DNA of 64,000 nucleotides from Dehalococcoidia bacterium (GTDB taxonomy: Bacteria; Chloroflexota; Dehalococcoidia; Lucifugimonadales; UBA3495): assembly GCA_965220505.1 (NCBI GenBank), contig CBDCQE010000001.1:475082-539081 (forward strand), given 5' to 3'. A model generated the notes under the pieces. That model was given only the letters and a program-made list of their open reading frames with translations, had not been told where the DNA came from and did not search any database. Made by a program: the position numbers and the translations under genes. This document shows, piece by piece, positions 34,796 through 43,692 of the stretch. The first letter of the stretch is position 1; every line of letters starts with the position of its first letter.

Positions 34796-36574
34796 ATGCT
34801 GCGCCGTGCATTGAATCGTTTCACCGGTCGGATACTCGTAGCGATGGCAACGATCATCGCGCTGATTGCCCTGGTGGCCTGTGGGGCCACTGCTCCCGCC
34901 GACAGCACCGAACCGGCGAGCGACAGCCCGGTGCCGGCACAACCAGCGGCGAGTTCGTCAGGCGACCCGGCGCCCACGGCGGTCCCGGCACAGGCGGCCG
35001 GCGCGCCGCAGACAGACGACCGGGGGATCTACGGTGGAATCGTGCCGATGCACGACTACGCTTTTCCCAATCTGATCTGGCACCCTCACGAGTTTTCCAA
35101 CCAGACCAAGAACATGTCCGGCATCTACAACGGGCTGCTGGAGTACGACGCCGAGACGGACGATCCTTACGACATCGTAGGTGACCTAGCCGAGAGCTGG
35201 GAGCTGCAACCCGATGGCGTGACGTACGTCTTCCATTTGCACCAGAACGCCGCCTGGCACAACGGGAACCCGGTTACGGCGGAAGACGTTGTGTACAGCA
35301 TGGACAGCCTGGTGAACTCGGAGGCGAACCGTCCGCAGACCCTGATCATCGCGCCGTACTACTCACAGGGCAACGCCCGGGCGATTGACGATCACACGGT
35401 GGAGATCAAGACGAACAACCCGGCGCCGGACTTCGTTCCCATGCTGGCGTCTGACGCGTTCAAGATGATGTCCAAGGCTTGGGGCGAGTCGGATGTCGAC
35501 ACCTCCAAGTGGGAGAACGGCATGGGATCGGGCCCGTTCATGCCGACTACCTTGGAAAAGGACGTATCCCTGTCGCTGGAGCGAAATCCGAACTACTGGA
35601 AAGAGGGTCTGCCGTACATCGACGGGTCGATTCATTACTACATCGCGGACAAGGGAACGGCCATCGGTTCCTATCGGACCGGCCAGGTGCTAATGACGAC
35701 GTGGCCGGTGACCAACCTGAGCAACACTGAGATCCTGGAGCTCCAGGAGTCCGAGGCGGACACCCTGGACGTCTACCTGATCCCCAACACGAGCCTGCTG
35801 GGGACGCTGATCAACACGACCATTGAGCCGTTCAACGACGTCCGGGTGCGGCGGGCGATGCACCTGGCGGTGGACCGGGCCGAGTTCCGCGAGATCTTTG
35901 GCGGCGGCATAGCTCCCATGGGAACTCCCTTCCCGCCGGAGACCTGGTTTGGCCGTGGGGAAGAAGAAGCCAGCCAGGTACCCGGTTTCCGCCTGGGACC
36001 CGAAGGCGGGAAGCACGCCGGAGACATCGAGGAAGCCCGGAGGCTGCTGGCGGAAGCCGGAGTGCCGGAAGGGTTCAAGGTCAACATCATGGCGCGGACG
36101 GCGGTGGAATACGTCGACCTGGCCCAATTGTTGGCCGACCAGTATCGCCGTTACCTGGGTTGGGATGCGACCGTGCAGCCCATCGACAGCGCGACCGGCA
36201 TAACCCGCTACAAGGAACAGGACTACCAGATCGCGGCCCAAGGCACGGCGCTGCTGGTCGGCGAGCCCGACCCGATCATCGGCAAGATTTTCATGCCCGG
36301 CGGCCTCTGGATCCAGTGGTCCGGATGGGATGCGCCGCAAAAGTTCAAGGACTGGTTTGCGGCCCAAAGCCAGGAACTGGACCGGACCAAGCGGGCGGAG
36401 ATCCTGCGGGAGATGGAAGATTTCATCCTCAACGAGGACCCGGGTCCCCTGCTGGTCTACTACTGGAGCTTCCGTGACCAGGTGGTGAACAAGAAGATCC
36501 AAAACTACCACATGCCGGCCAGCATCTGGGTGCAGTTGAAGCACGAGCGGATCTGGTGCGACCCGGAATGCTGA
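34796..36574 (+). CDS. ABC transporter substrate-binding protein, family 5 (peptide/nickel type)
   Basis: 592 aa. A signal-anchor-like N-terminus with LVACG suggests a lipoprotein. SBP_bac_5-type core (GDLAESWELQPDGVTYVFHLHQNAAWHNGNPVTAEDVVYS). Confidence 0.88.
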   Translation: MLRRALNRFTGRILVAMATIIALIALVACGATAPADSTEPASDSPVPAQPAASSSGDPAPTAVPAQAAGAPQTDDRGIYGGIVPMHDYAFPNLIWHPHEFSNQTKNMSGIYNGLLEYDAETDDPYDIVGDLAESWELQPDGVTYVFHLHQNAAWHNGNPVTAEDVVYSMDSLVNSEANRPQTLIIAPYYSQGNARAIDDHTVEIKTNNPAPDFVPMLASDAFKMMSKAWGESDVDTSKWENGMGSGPFMPTTLEKDVSLSLERNPNYWKEGLPYIDGSIHYYIADKGTAIGSYRTGQVLMTTWPVTNLSNTEILELQESEADTLDVYLIPNTSLLGTLINTTIEPFNDVRVRRAMHLAVDRAEFREIFGGGIAPMGTPFPPETWFGRGEEEASQVPGFRLGPEGGKHAGDIEEARRLLAEAGVPEGFKVNIMARTAVEYVDLAQLLADQYRRYLGWDATVQPIDSATGITRYKEQDYQIAAQGTALLVGEPDPIIGKIFMPGGLWIQWSGWDAPQKFKDWFAAQSQELDRTKRAEILREMEDFILNEDPGPLLVYYWSFRDQVVNKKIQNYHMPASIWVQLKHERIWCDPEC

Positions 36575-36663
36575 GGCAGCCGTAAAGGTTGGGATCACAG
36601 GAGGGCAGACTGAACACCGTTGGCCAACCGGCTTGGCGTTAGGCTACCTGGCGAGGAGACGCG

Positions 36664-37623
36664 ATGAACACCTACGTACTCAAGAGATTCATGCTCTTCG
36701 TGCCCACGCTGCTGCTGGTAACGCTGATGGTGTTCGCCCTGATGCGGCTGGTGCCGGGCGACCCGGCAGAGCTGCTGCTGATGGGATTCGAGGGCGACGG
36801 TCAGTACTCGCAGCAGCAACTGGATGAGTTGCGGGCCAAGCTGGGAACGGACCGACCGCTGGCGATCCAATACTTGAGCTGGGTCTGGGGGATGCTCCGG
36901 GGGGATTTCGGCGTGTCGATGTACTTTGACACGCCGATCTCGGAGGACCTGGGCGCCAAATTGCCAATCACGCTGGAATTGGCGGCCCTGGCATTGTTAT
37001 TAGCGTTTGTGGTGGCGATGCCGCTTGGGGTGTTATCCGCGGTCAGGCAGGACACCATCGCGGATTACGCCTCGCGGATTATCGCCATAGCGGGCGTAGC
37101 GATGCCGACATTCTGGATTGGCATCCTGGTGGTGTATTTCCTGGTGACTTGGTTCGACTGGTTGCCGCCGCTAGGCTACGCGGACCTGTGGAATAATCCA
37201 TGGAAGAACCTGCAGCAGATGGTCTTTCCGGCGGTGGCGCTGGGTTTCTACAACATGGCGCTGATTGCCCGGGTTACTAGATCGTCGATGCTGGAGGTGT
37301 TCCGCGAGGACTACATCCGCACGGCGCGGTCCAAGGGCCTACGTGAAGGGGCGGTCATCATCCGGCACGCGCTGAAGAACGCATTTCTGCCGATCCTGAC
37401 CATATCGGGATGGCAGGTGGGGCGCCTGATTGCCGGCACCGTGGTTATCGAGACCATTTTCCTGGTGCCCGGTATGGGCCGGTTGCTGGTGGACAGCATC
37501 CTGCACCGGGACTACACGATGATCCAGAGCATCGTGATGGTGATCGCGTTCATGGTGCTGGCGCTGAACCTGGTCGTTGACCTGCTGTATGCCTGGCTGG
37601 ATCCGCGCATACGATATGAGTAG
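36664..37623 (+). CDS. ABC transporter permease (DppB/OppB-like)
   Basis: 319 aa. Begins MNTYVLKRFMLFVPTLLLVTLMVFALMRLVPGDP, with EAA-loop region YIRTARSKGLREGAVIIRHALKNA. Confidence 0.92.
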   Translation: MNTYVLKRFMLFVPTLLLVTLMVFALMRLVPGDPAELLLMGFEGDGQYSQQQLDELRAKLGTDRPLAIQYLSWVWGMLRGDFGVSMYFDTPISEDLGAKLPITLELAALALLLAFVVAMPLGVLSAVRQDTIADYASRIIAIAGVAMPTFWIGILVVYFLVTWFDWLPPLGYADLWNNPWKNLQQMVFPAVALGFYNMALIARVTRSSMLEVFREDYIRTARSKGLREGAVIIRHALKNAFLPILTISGWQVGRLIAGTVVIETIFLVPGMGRLLVDSILHRDYTMIQSIVMVIAFMVLALNLVVDLLYAWLDPRIRYE

Positions 37624-37674
37624 TGGAACTCGTCCCCGGCAATCAGACTCCGCAACGGCATAAGGAATAGGGAC

Positions 37675-38589
37675 ATGGCGCAGCAGACAACCGGTGTACT
37701 CGCCCCCACGGAACCTACCGGCGTGGGGATGCGGCCCAAGCGCACGTTCTGGGAAAACATCGTCAACTTCGCGCAGCAAAAGCCGCTGGGTGCGTTCGGA
37801 GCGGTGGTCGTGATCCTGCTGGTGTTCTTGGCTATATTTGCTCCGATAGTGGCCACAGACGACCCCCGGGAAACCAATGCCGCCTACCGGTTCAACCCGC
37901 CCAACGCCGACACCTGGCTTGGGGGCGACCAGATCGGGCGCGACGTGTACAGCCGGCTGGTCTACGGCACGCGGATTTCGCTGGTCGTGGGCCTGCTCAG
38001 TGTGTTTTTCGGGGTGACCATTGGGGCGTTCATCGGGATCGTGAGTGGCTACTTTGGCGGTATCACCGACCTGGTGATCCAACGGATCATGGATGCGATG
38101 ATGTCGTTCCCGGCGCTTATCCTGGCGTTGGCGATCATGGCGATCCTGGGGGCGTCGGTGACCAACGTGGTCATCGCGCTCAGCGCGGTGTTCATCCCCG
38201 GGGCGGCACGGACAATCCGGTCGCAGGCGCTGAGCATCAAAGAGGTTGATTACGTGCTGGCAGCGCGAGCGGTCGGGGCCGGCGACTGGCGGATCATTCT
38301 GCGACACATGGCGCCCAACTGCGCGGCAACATTCATCGTGCTGGCCAGCATATCGCTGGGCTGGGCGATCGTGGTGGAAGCGTCGCTGAGCTTCTTGGGG
38401 GTTGGGATCCCGCCGGACGTACCGTCGTGGGGCGGGATGCTCAACGGCGTCGCGCAGAACTCGCTGGACGTGGCGCCTTGGCTGGGCGTGTTCCCAGGAT
38501 TGGCGATAGCGATCACGGTGTTTGCCGTCAACCTGCTGGGCGACGCGCTGCGGGACGTGCTGGACCCGAGGATGCGGGGAGCGAACTGA
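37675..38589 (+). CDS. ABC transporter permease (DppC/OppC-like)
   Basis: 304 aa. GGDQIGRDVYSRLVYGTR, with EAA-loop YVLAARAVGAGDWRIILRHMAPN. Confidence 0.92.
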   Translation: MAQQTTGVLAPTEPTGVGMRPKRTFWENIVNFAQQKPLGAFGAVVVILLVFLAIFAPIVATDDPRETNAAYRFNPPNADTWLGGDQIGRDVYSRLVYGTRISLVVGLLSVFFGVTIGAFIGIVSGYFGGITDLVIQRIMDAMMSFPALILALAIMAILGASVTNVVIALSAVFIPGAARTIRSQALSIKEVDYVLAARAVGAGDWRIILRHMAPNCAATFIVLASISLGWAIVVEASLSFLGVGIPPDVPSWGGMLNGVAQNSLDVAPWLGVFPGLAIAITVFAVNLLGDALRDVLDPRMRGAN

Positions 38590-38620
38590 CGGCGCTTCCG
38601 CTTCCGTCCCGCTAGCAATC

Positions 38621-38645
38621 AGGGGAGGGATCAGGTCCCTCCCCT
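38621..38645 (+). terminator. perfect 10-bp hairpin after the permease gene
   Basis: aggggaggga-tcagg-tccctcccct, 32 nt after the stop, with a weak T tract. Confidence 0.55.
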
Positions 38646-38691
38646 GTTGCGTTGGCAGCTTTCGCCGATGCGTCGCTTGGCGATAGAGGTG

Positions 38692-38718
38692 TGGGTTCCT
38701 GCTTGCGCAGGAACGACG
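38692..38718 (+). repeat. REP-like 27-nt hairpin element, copy C
   Basis: tgggttcctgcttgcgcaggaacgacg, with stem gttcctgc/gcaggaac and loop ttgc. Confidence 0.7.
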
Positions 38719-38744
38719 GTAGTTGTTCCGGTGTCCAGCGCAGC

Positions 38745-39110
38745 CTACGATTCCGGGTAGGTTAGCTTCATCAGGACGTGGCGGCGGTTTTTGGTGTAGG
38801 GGCGCACGTGTTCGGGCCAGCGGCCGGCGTCGACGGCTTCAGCCCATTCCGGGCTGATGAGCACCTCGGGGCTTTCGATCTGGTACACCGCGTGGTGCTT
38901 GGGCGTGCCGGGGATCTCGATTTCCTGGACCTGTCCGCCCATGGCCATGAGAAGGCGTTGAGTTTCGTAGCGGGTTACGCCGACGACGCCCGGCGTCTGG
39001 TTGAGCAGGGGGCAGTGCTCGGTGTTGTACACCTCGTTGAAAAGGGCTTCGCGGTCGGCGTCGATGTCCATGCTGGCGATGAACAGGTACTTCGAATGCA
39101 GGTCGGCCAT
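38745..39110 (-). CDS. hypothetical protein, probable dimeric alpha/beta-barrel (EthD/DUF4286-like)
   Basis: 121 aa. YLFIASMDIDADREALFNEVYNTEHCPLLNQTPGVVGVTRYE...AVYQIESPEVLISPEWAEAVDAGRWPEHVRPY. GGAGG RBS. It is bracketed by REP copies C and D. Confidence 0.55.
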   Translation of the reverse strand: MADLHSKYLFIASMDIDADREALFNEVYNTEHCPLLNQTPGVVGVTRYETQRLLMAMGGQVQEIEIPGTPKHHAVYQIESPEVLISPEWAEAVDAGRWPEHVRPYTKNRRHVLMKLTYPES

Positions 39111-39125
39111 GGTGGTACCTCCGAC

Positions 39126-39152
39126 TGGATTCCGGCTTGCGCCGGACTGACG
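39126..39152 (+). repeat. REP-like 27-nt hairpin element, copy D
   Basis: tggattccggcttgcgccggactgacg, with stem tccggc/gccgga and loop ttgc. Confidence 0.7.
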
Positions 39153-39163
39153 GTTTCAAGAAA

Positions 39164-39838
39164 TCAGTGGGATTGGTGCAGCATCTGGGCGGCGATGGCC
39201 CAGTCCGAGCGCGCGGCGACCATGTTGCCCAGATTGGAGTGAGCCTTGCCGCGGGCCACATAGGCCTCCGTGTAGCGATCGTTCAATGCGATTGCCGCAT
39301 TGAATTCGTCGATAGCGGCCCGGTTGTCTCCGGCGTCGCGCAGGGCCAGGCCGCGCCAGTAGTGAGCCATTGGATCGTCCGGCTGGTGTTGCAGCGCCCG
39401 GTTCAAGTCTGCTGCGGCTTCGACTAGGAAGCCCAACTTGTAGCGAGCGATACCCCGGGTTCGCCACGCTCGGGGCAGCGCGTCATTGAGTTCCAGAGCC
39501 CGGGAGGCATCGGACACGGCGGCTGACCAGTCGGAACGGTCCAAGTGGATTGCGCTTCGGTCGAGCCAGGCGTCGGCCATGTTCGGGTCCAGGGCGATGG
39601 CGGCGTCCAACTCCGCCATCGCGGCTTCGGCCCGCCCCAGCATCGACAGGGATCGACCACGGAGCCAACGGACCGCAGAATCGTCCGGGGTCGCGAGGAA
39701 AGCGAGGTCGAGATCGGCCAGAGCGGCGCGCATATCGCCGTTAGCGAGGTGCGTTTCGGCGGTCCGCACGTGCTCCGTCACGGACGAGGAGCGGTTCCGG
39801 TCGGCGCGTTGCATCGGCTTGGCGTCAAAATAAGGCAC
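39164..39838 (-). CDS. tetratricopeptide-repeat protein
   Basis: 224 aa of repeated A-x-x-D-x-x-x-A-I/L-x-L-(N/D)P TPR units (AELDAAIALDPNMADAW, ASRALELNDALPRAW, LNRALQHQPDDPMAHYW, FNAAIALNDRYTEAY). Confidence 0.8.
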   Translation of the reverse strand: MPYFDAKPMQRADRNRSSSVTEHVRTAETHLANGDMRAALADLDLAFLATPDDSAVRWLRGRSLSMLGRAEAAMAELDAAIALDPNMADAWLDRSAIHLDRSDWSAAVSDASRALELNDALPRAWRTRGIARYKLGFLVEAAADLNRALQHQPDDPMAHYWRGLALRDAGDNRAAIDEFNAAIALNDRYTEAYVARGKAHSNLGNMVAARSDWAIAAQMLHQSH

Positions 39839-39882
39839 GGGGCGACCGGTTTAGGCCGCCCCCGGATGGGTGTGACAATGGA

Positions 39883-41529
39883 TCAGAAGGCGCGGCGGTG
39901 AGAGTAGTTGATCTCCGCGTTGGTGATGAACTCGAGGAGAACCGCGTTGCCGTTCTCGTTCTGCTGACGGGCGCGCTGGAACGCCGGGATGATCTCGTTG
40001 GGGTTGGTGACGCGCTCAGCGTAGCCGCCCATGGCGCGGCCCATGTCCGCGTAGTTGCCGCCAAGGTCGCGGGTGCTGTAGAGCTCGTGGGAGCGCTGCA
40101 TGGCGTTGGTTTCCACGGCCATGGTGGAGTTGTTCAGGACGACGGTGGTGATGGGGACGTTGCTGCGGACGGCGGTCTCGAAGTCGAGACCGACCATGCC
40201 AAAGGCGGCGTCTCCCATAAAGTTGACGCACATCTTGTCCGGGTCGGCCAGCTTGGCGCCGATCACCAGGCCCAGGCCGGTGCCGAGGCCGTGGGACTTC
40301 CCCCAGCCCAGGTAGGTGCGCGGGCCGCCGGACCGGTAGAACGGCGTGATCTGGTCGCGCGGGCTGCCGGAGTCGTGGGTGATGATGGCCTCGCTGGACG
40401 GAACGGCCTTCTGGAAGTCGGTGATGACGCGATAAGGGTTGACCAGCGGGCCGGCGTCGGTGGTCTTGTGCTCCCACTCGGCCAGCCAGGCGTTGCGGAC
40501 GGTCTCGATTTCGCCGGTGATCTCGGCGTTGTTGCGGCGGCTGTCGCCGACGATCTCGCGGCAGGCCTCGATCATTTGGCGCAGGGCCAGCTTGGAGTCG
40601 CCAATGAGCGGGAACTGGATGTCGTAGTCCTTGTTGATGTCCCTTGGGTCGTTGGTGTTCTGGATCAGCGTCTTGCCGGCGGGCAGGTTCATAGACATGC
40701 CATGCTTGGTGAAGCTGGAACCGACGCCGAAGATGACGTCGGAGCGGCGCACGAAGTGGTACACCGTGCCGGACATCACGCCGGACCCGCTGCCCAGGGC
40801 CAGGGGATGCAACTCGGGGAAGCCGCTCTTGCCCAGGAGGGTGGTCATCACGGGAACGGACAAGAGTTCGGCGAGTTCGACCAGTTCGTCGGTGGCCTCG
40901 GCGTACATCACGCCCTGGCCGGCGTGGATTACCGGGTACGTGGCGGAGCACAGGGCGCGGGCAGCAGCCTCAACGTCGTCGGGGTCGGCCTGGGAAGCGG
41001 AACGGCGGACGTTACCGCCCCAGTAGAATGCTTCCTCGGAGACTTCTTCCAAGGCCACGTCGGCCGGGATTTCGACCATGGACGGGCCGGGGCGTCCGGT
41101 GTACAGGGCGTTGACGGCGCGACGCATCACCTGGCTGGTGCTGCCGGAAAGGTTGAGCCTTTCGAGGTGCTTGGTGACGCTGGCGAAGCTCTCGATGGAG
41201 TCGAACATGGGGAACACGCCCTGCCGCTCGCGGGGATGGCCCAGCGGTAACAGGAGGATGGGAACCGAGTCGGAGAAGGACGTGGCGACGCCGGAATAGG
41301 CGTTTTCGGCGCCAGGGCCGTACTGCATAGCGAACACGCCTGGGGGCCGGCCGTTGGTGATCCGGCTGTACCCGTCGGCGATACCGACGCCGACGCGCTC
41401 CTGACGGCAGATGATGGGTCGTATGCCGGCGGCGGCGCAGGCCTCGATAACCGGGGTGGTGGGGAAGCAGGACAGGTACTGGACGCCTTCCCGCTTGAGA
41501 ATTTCGGCGATGGCATCGATAGTTTGCAC
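39883..41529 (-). CDS. thiamine-diphosphate-dependent enzyme (acetolactate synthase / 2-hydroxyacyl-CoA lyase-like fold)
   Basis: 548 aa. N-terminal Pyr domain (ICRQERVGVGIADGYSRITNGRPPGVFAMQYGPGAENAYSGV) and C-terminal PP domain with GDAAFGMVGLDFETAVR...NN ThDP-binding motif. Confidence 0.85.
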   Translation of the reverse strand: MQTIDAIAEILKREGVQYLSCFPTTPVIEACAAAGIRPIICRQERVGVGIADGYSRITNGRPPGVFAMQYGPGAENAYSGVATSFSDSVPILLLPLGHPRERQGVFPMFDSIESFASVTKHLERLNLSGSTSQVMRRAVNALYTGRPGPSMVEIPADVALEEVSEEAFYWGGNVRRSASQADPDDVEAAARALCSATYPVIHAGQGVMYAEATDELVELAELLSVPVMTTLLGKSGFPELHPLALGSGSGVMSGTVYHFVRRSDVIFGVGSSFTKHGMSMNLPAGKTLIQNTNDPRDINKDYDIQFPLIGDSKLALRQMIEACREIVGDSRRNNAEITGEIETVRNAWLAEWEHKTTDAGPLVNPYRVITDFQKAVPSSEAIITHDSGSPRDQITPFYRSGGPRTYLGWGKSHGLGTGLGLVIGAKLADPDKMCVNFMGDAAFGMVGLDFETAVRSNVPITTVVLNNSTMAVETNAMQRSHELYSTRDLGGNYADMGRAMGGYAERVTNPNEIIPAFQRARQQNENGNAVLLEFITNAEINYSHRRAF

Positions 41530-41597
41530 GGTGTTACCTCAGCATGGATTGTGTGATGGCGATGCGGGACTACGCGGCGCGCTGTCCGCATCGAGGA

Positions 41598-42284
41598 TTA
41601 TTCGGCATCCGATTCGGGACCGACCATGCCGGACCAAAAACCGGACACCGGGAAAGAGACATCGGGGAACGCCAGCGGGCTCACGGAGTCGCCGGCTCGG
41701 AATTGGCGGACCGTTTGGTACTGTTCGCCCACCGGATCGGTGTGGACGTAGACCCCGTACTCTCTGAGGTTGACGATCCAAACTTCGGGGATGCCAGCGG
41801 TGGCATAGGCGGCCAATTTTCCGCCCTGGTCGTAGTTCAGCGAACTGTAGGAAACCTCGATGATGAACAGGATGTCGGTTGGCGTGGCCGGGGACAAATG
41901 GTAATTCGGTCGATGGCGGAGGATAGCGAAATCGGGTTGCGGTTCGCTGAGCTGGTTGATGCGGACGGAACCCTGGACCCTTATCCGCGCCCTTCCACGC
42001 AGCGTGCCAAACATCAGATCGCTGATGCAATCGGTCGAGTCATTATGCGTAGTCCCGATGGGGGCCATTTCGACGATCTCTCCGTTCAGCAGCTCGATGG
42101 GCTCGAATTCGGACAGGATGCCGGCCGTCCCCATGGATTGGTACTGGTCCGCGGTGAATCGATAGCTGCCGCTGAGAACCGCTTCGCGGTCCTGCCGGCC
42201 CAGAATGCCCGCAGAAACCATGGCGCGGAATTCGGCGGAACAGAAAGTGCGGAGATCGTATGTACGGTTGGTTGTAGTGACCAT
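41598..42284 (-). CDS. Uma2-family (DUF820) putative endonuclease; start uncertain
   Basis: ATG 42284 (alternative 42221). YRFTADQYQSMGTAGILSEFEPIELLNGEIVEMAPIGTTH...EPQPDFAIL...PTDILFIIEVSYSSLNYDQGGKLAAYATAGIPEVWIVNL is the Uma2 pattern. The upstream 27 aa look like a diverged duplicate of the N-terminal helix. Confidence 0.75.
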   Translation of the reverse strand: MVTTTNRTYDLRTFCSAEFRAMVSAGILGRQDREAVLSGSYRFTADQYQSMGTAGILSEFEPIELLNGEIVEMAPIGTTHNDSTDCISDLMFGTLRGRARIRVQGSVRINQLSEPQPDFAILRHRPNYHLSPATPTDILFIIEVSYSSLNYDQGGKLAAYATAGIPEVWIVNLREYGVYVHTDPVGEQYQTVRQFRAGDSVSPLAFPDVSFPVSGFWSGMVGPESDAE

Positions 42285-42464
42285 GTTGGCTAGTCTGCGA
42301 AGATTGCTCAATCCAAGGGGAATTGTAGCATTCGGCAAATACTCGCCCCGGACTAGTGCGAGTATAACATCCGGTGGAATCGCATTCGGCAGGAGGCCAG
42401 TGGACAACCCCGGATGACCGTGACGTTGCCATTCCGTTTGTGCGGCGTTGGCAATGGGGCTAGA

Positions 42465-43691
42465 ATGATTGCCGAACTCGCAGGGGGTCTTATTTTGAGT
42501 AACGGAGCGCTGGCCGGTGTCAAGGTGATTGATCTGACGCACCATATCGCTGGCCCTTACGCCACCAAGTTGTTGGCCGACTTTGGGGCCGACGTTTTGA
42601 AAATCGAGCGGCCCGGAGGGGACCCGGCGCGGCGTCTCCCGCCGTTCTACCACGACGAGCCGGGCAGCGAGAAAAGCCTGCCGTTTCTCTACCTGAACAC
42701 CAACAAGCGCAGCGTCACGATCAACCTTAAATCGGAGACCGGGCGCGGCATCCTGATGGACCTGCTGGCCGACGCGGATGCGGTAGTGGAAAACTTCGCG
42801 CCGCGCGTGATGCCGTCGCTGGGCCTGGACGCTGACACGTTGCGAAAACGCAACCCTAAGCTGGTGGTAGCGTCGGTTTCAAACTTCGGGCAGAGCGGGC
42901 CGTGGCGTGATTTTCGAGCCACGGAGATCGTCGAATATGCGCTGGGCGGGCTGATGTACATCTTCGGGGCGTACGACCGGGAGCCGCTGAAGCACGCGCT
43001 GAACCAGGCCCAGTTCAAGGCCGGCACCAACCTGGCGTCCGGAACATTGATGGCGCTTTATCACCAGCGGTTGACGGGTCAGGGTCAGCGGGTCGACGTG
43101 TCGATACAGGAGAGCATTGCGTCGGCGCTGCGGGACGTGACCAACAACTACACCTACACGGGGGCCGTGCGGCGTCGGCAGCCCAACCACACGGGCGACC
43201 TGACCCGGCTGCGCGCCGTGTCCGACGGGTACGTGCTGCCTAACCCCGGTATGGGGGCGACGCTGGACTGGAAGGTGTTGGTGGATTTCCTGGAGGCGCC
43301 CGAACTGGACGACGAGCGGTTCGATAACGCTTCGGCGCGGCTGGAAAATGCGGAGGCGCTGGGCGACATCCTGGACCAGATCTTCGCCACCAAGCACAAG
43401 CAGGAAATCTTCTACGCGGCCCACCAGAAGCGGTTCATCTACGGCGTGATCGATTCTCCGGAGGAGACGATCGACAACCCGCAGATCCAGGCGCGGGGTT
43501 ACTACGTGCCGGTGGAACACCCTGGGCTAGGCGAGATCACGTTTCCCGGGGCTCCGTTCCTGATGTCGGGCTCACCGTGGGCGGTGAGGGAGGCGGCGCC
43601 CAAACTGGGGGAGCATAACGGCGAGGTGCTGGGCGACATGGGGTACGGCCCACAAGACCTGGCCTGGCTACGGGCTTCGGAGGTGATCTGA
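42465..43691 (+). CDS. family III CoA-transferase (CaiB/BaiF/Frc-like); start uncertain
   Basis: LAGVKVIDLTHHIAGPYATKLLADFGADVLKIERPGGDPAR is the canonical family III N-terminus. Candidate starts are ATG 42465 and TTG 42495. Confidence 0.88.
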   Translation: MIAELAGGLILSNGALAGVKVIDLTHHIAGPYATKLLADFGADVLKIERPGGDPARRLPPFYHDEPGSEKSLPFLYLNTNKRSVTINLKSETGRGILMDLLADADAVVENFAPRVMPSLGLDADTLRKRNPKLVVASVSNFGQSGPWRDFRATEIVEYALGGLMYIFGAYDREPLKHALNQAQFKAGTNLASGTLMALYHQRLTGQGQRVDVSIQESIASALRDVTNNYTYTGAVRRRQPNHTGDLTRLRAVSDGYVLPNPGMGATLDWKVLVDFLEAPELDDERFDNASARLENAEALGDILDQIFATKHKQEIFYAAHQKRFIYGVIDSPEETIDNPQIQARGYYVPVEHPGLGEITFPGAPFLMSGSPWAVREAAPKLGEHNGEVLGDMGYGPQDLAWLRASEVI

Positions 43692-43692
43692 C

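Noticed and set aside
41600-41613. Exact 14-mer attcggcatccgat repeated at 41600-41613 and 45374-45387
   Set aside because: The number of 14-mer matches expected by chance in 64 kb on both strands is well above one. One copy lies inside the Uma2 coding region, and there is no extended similarity around either copy.
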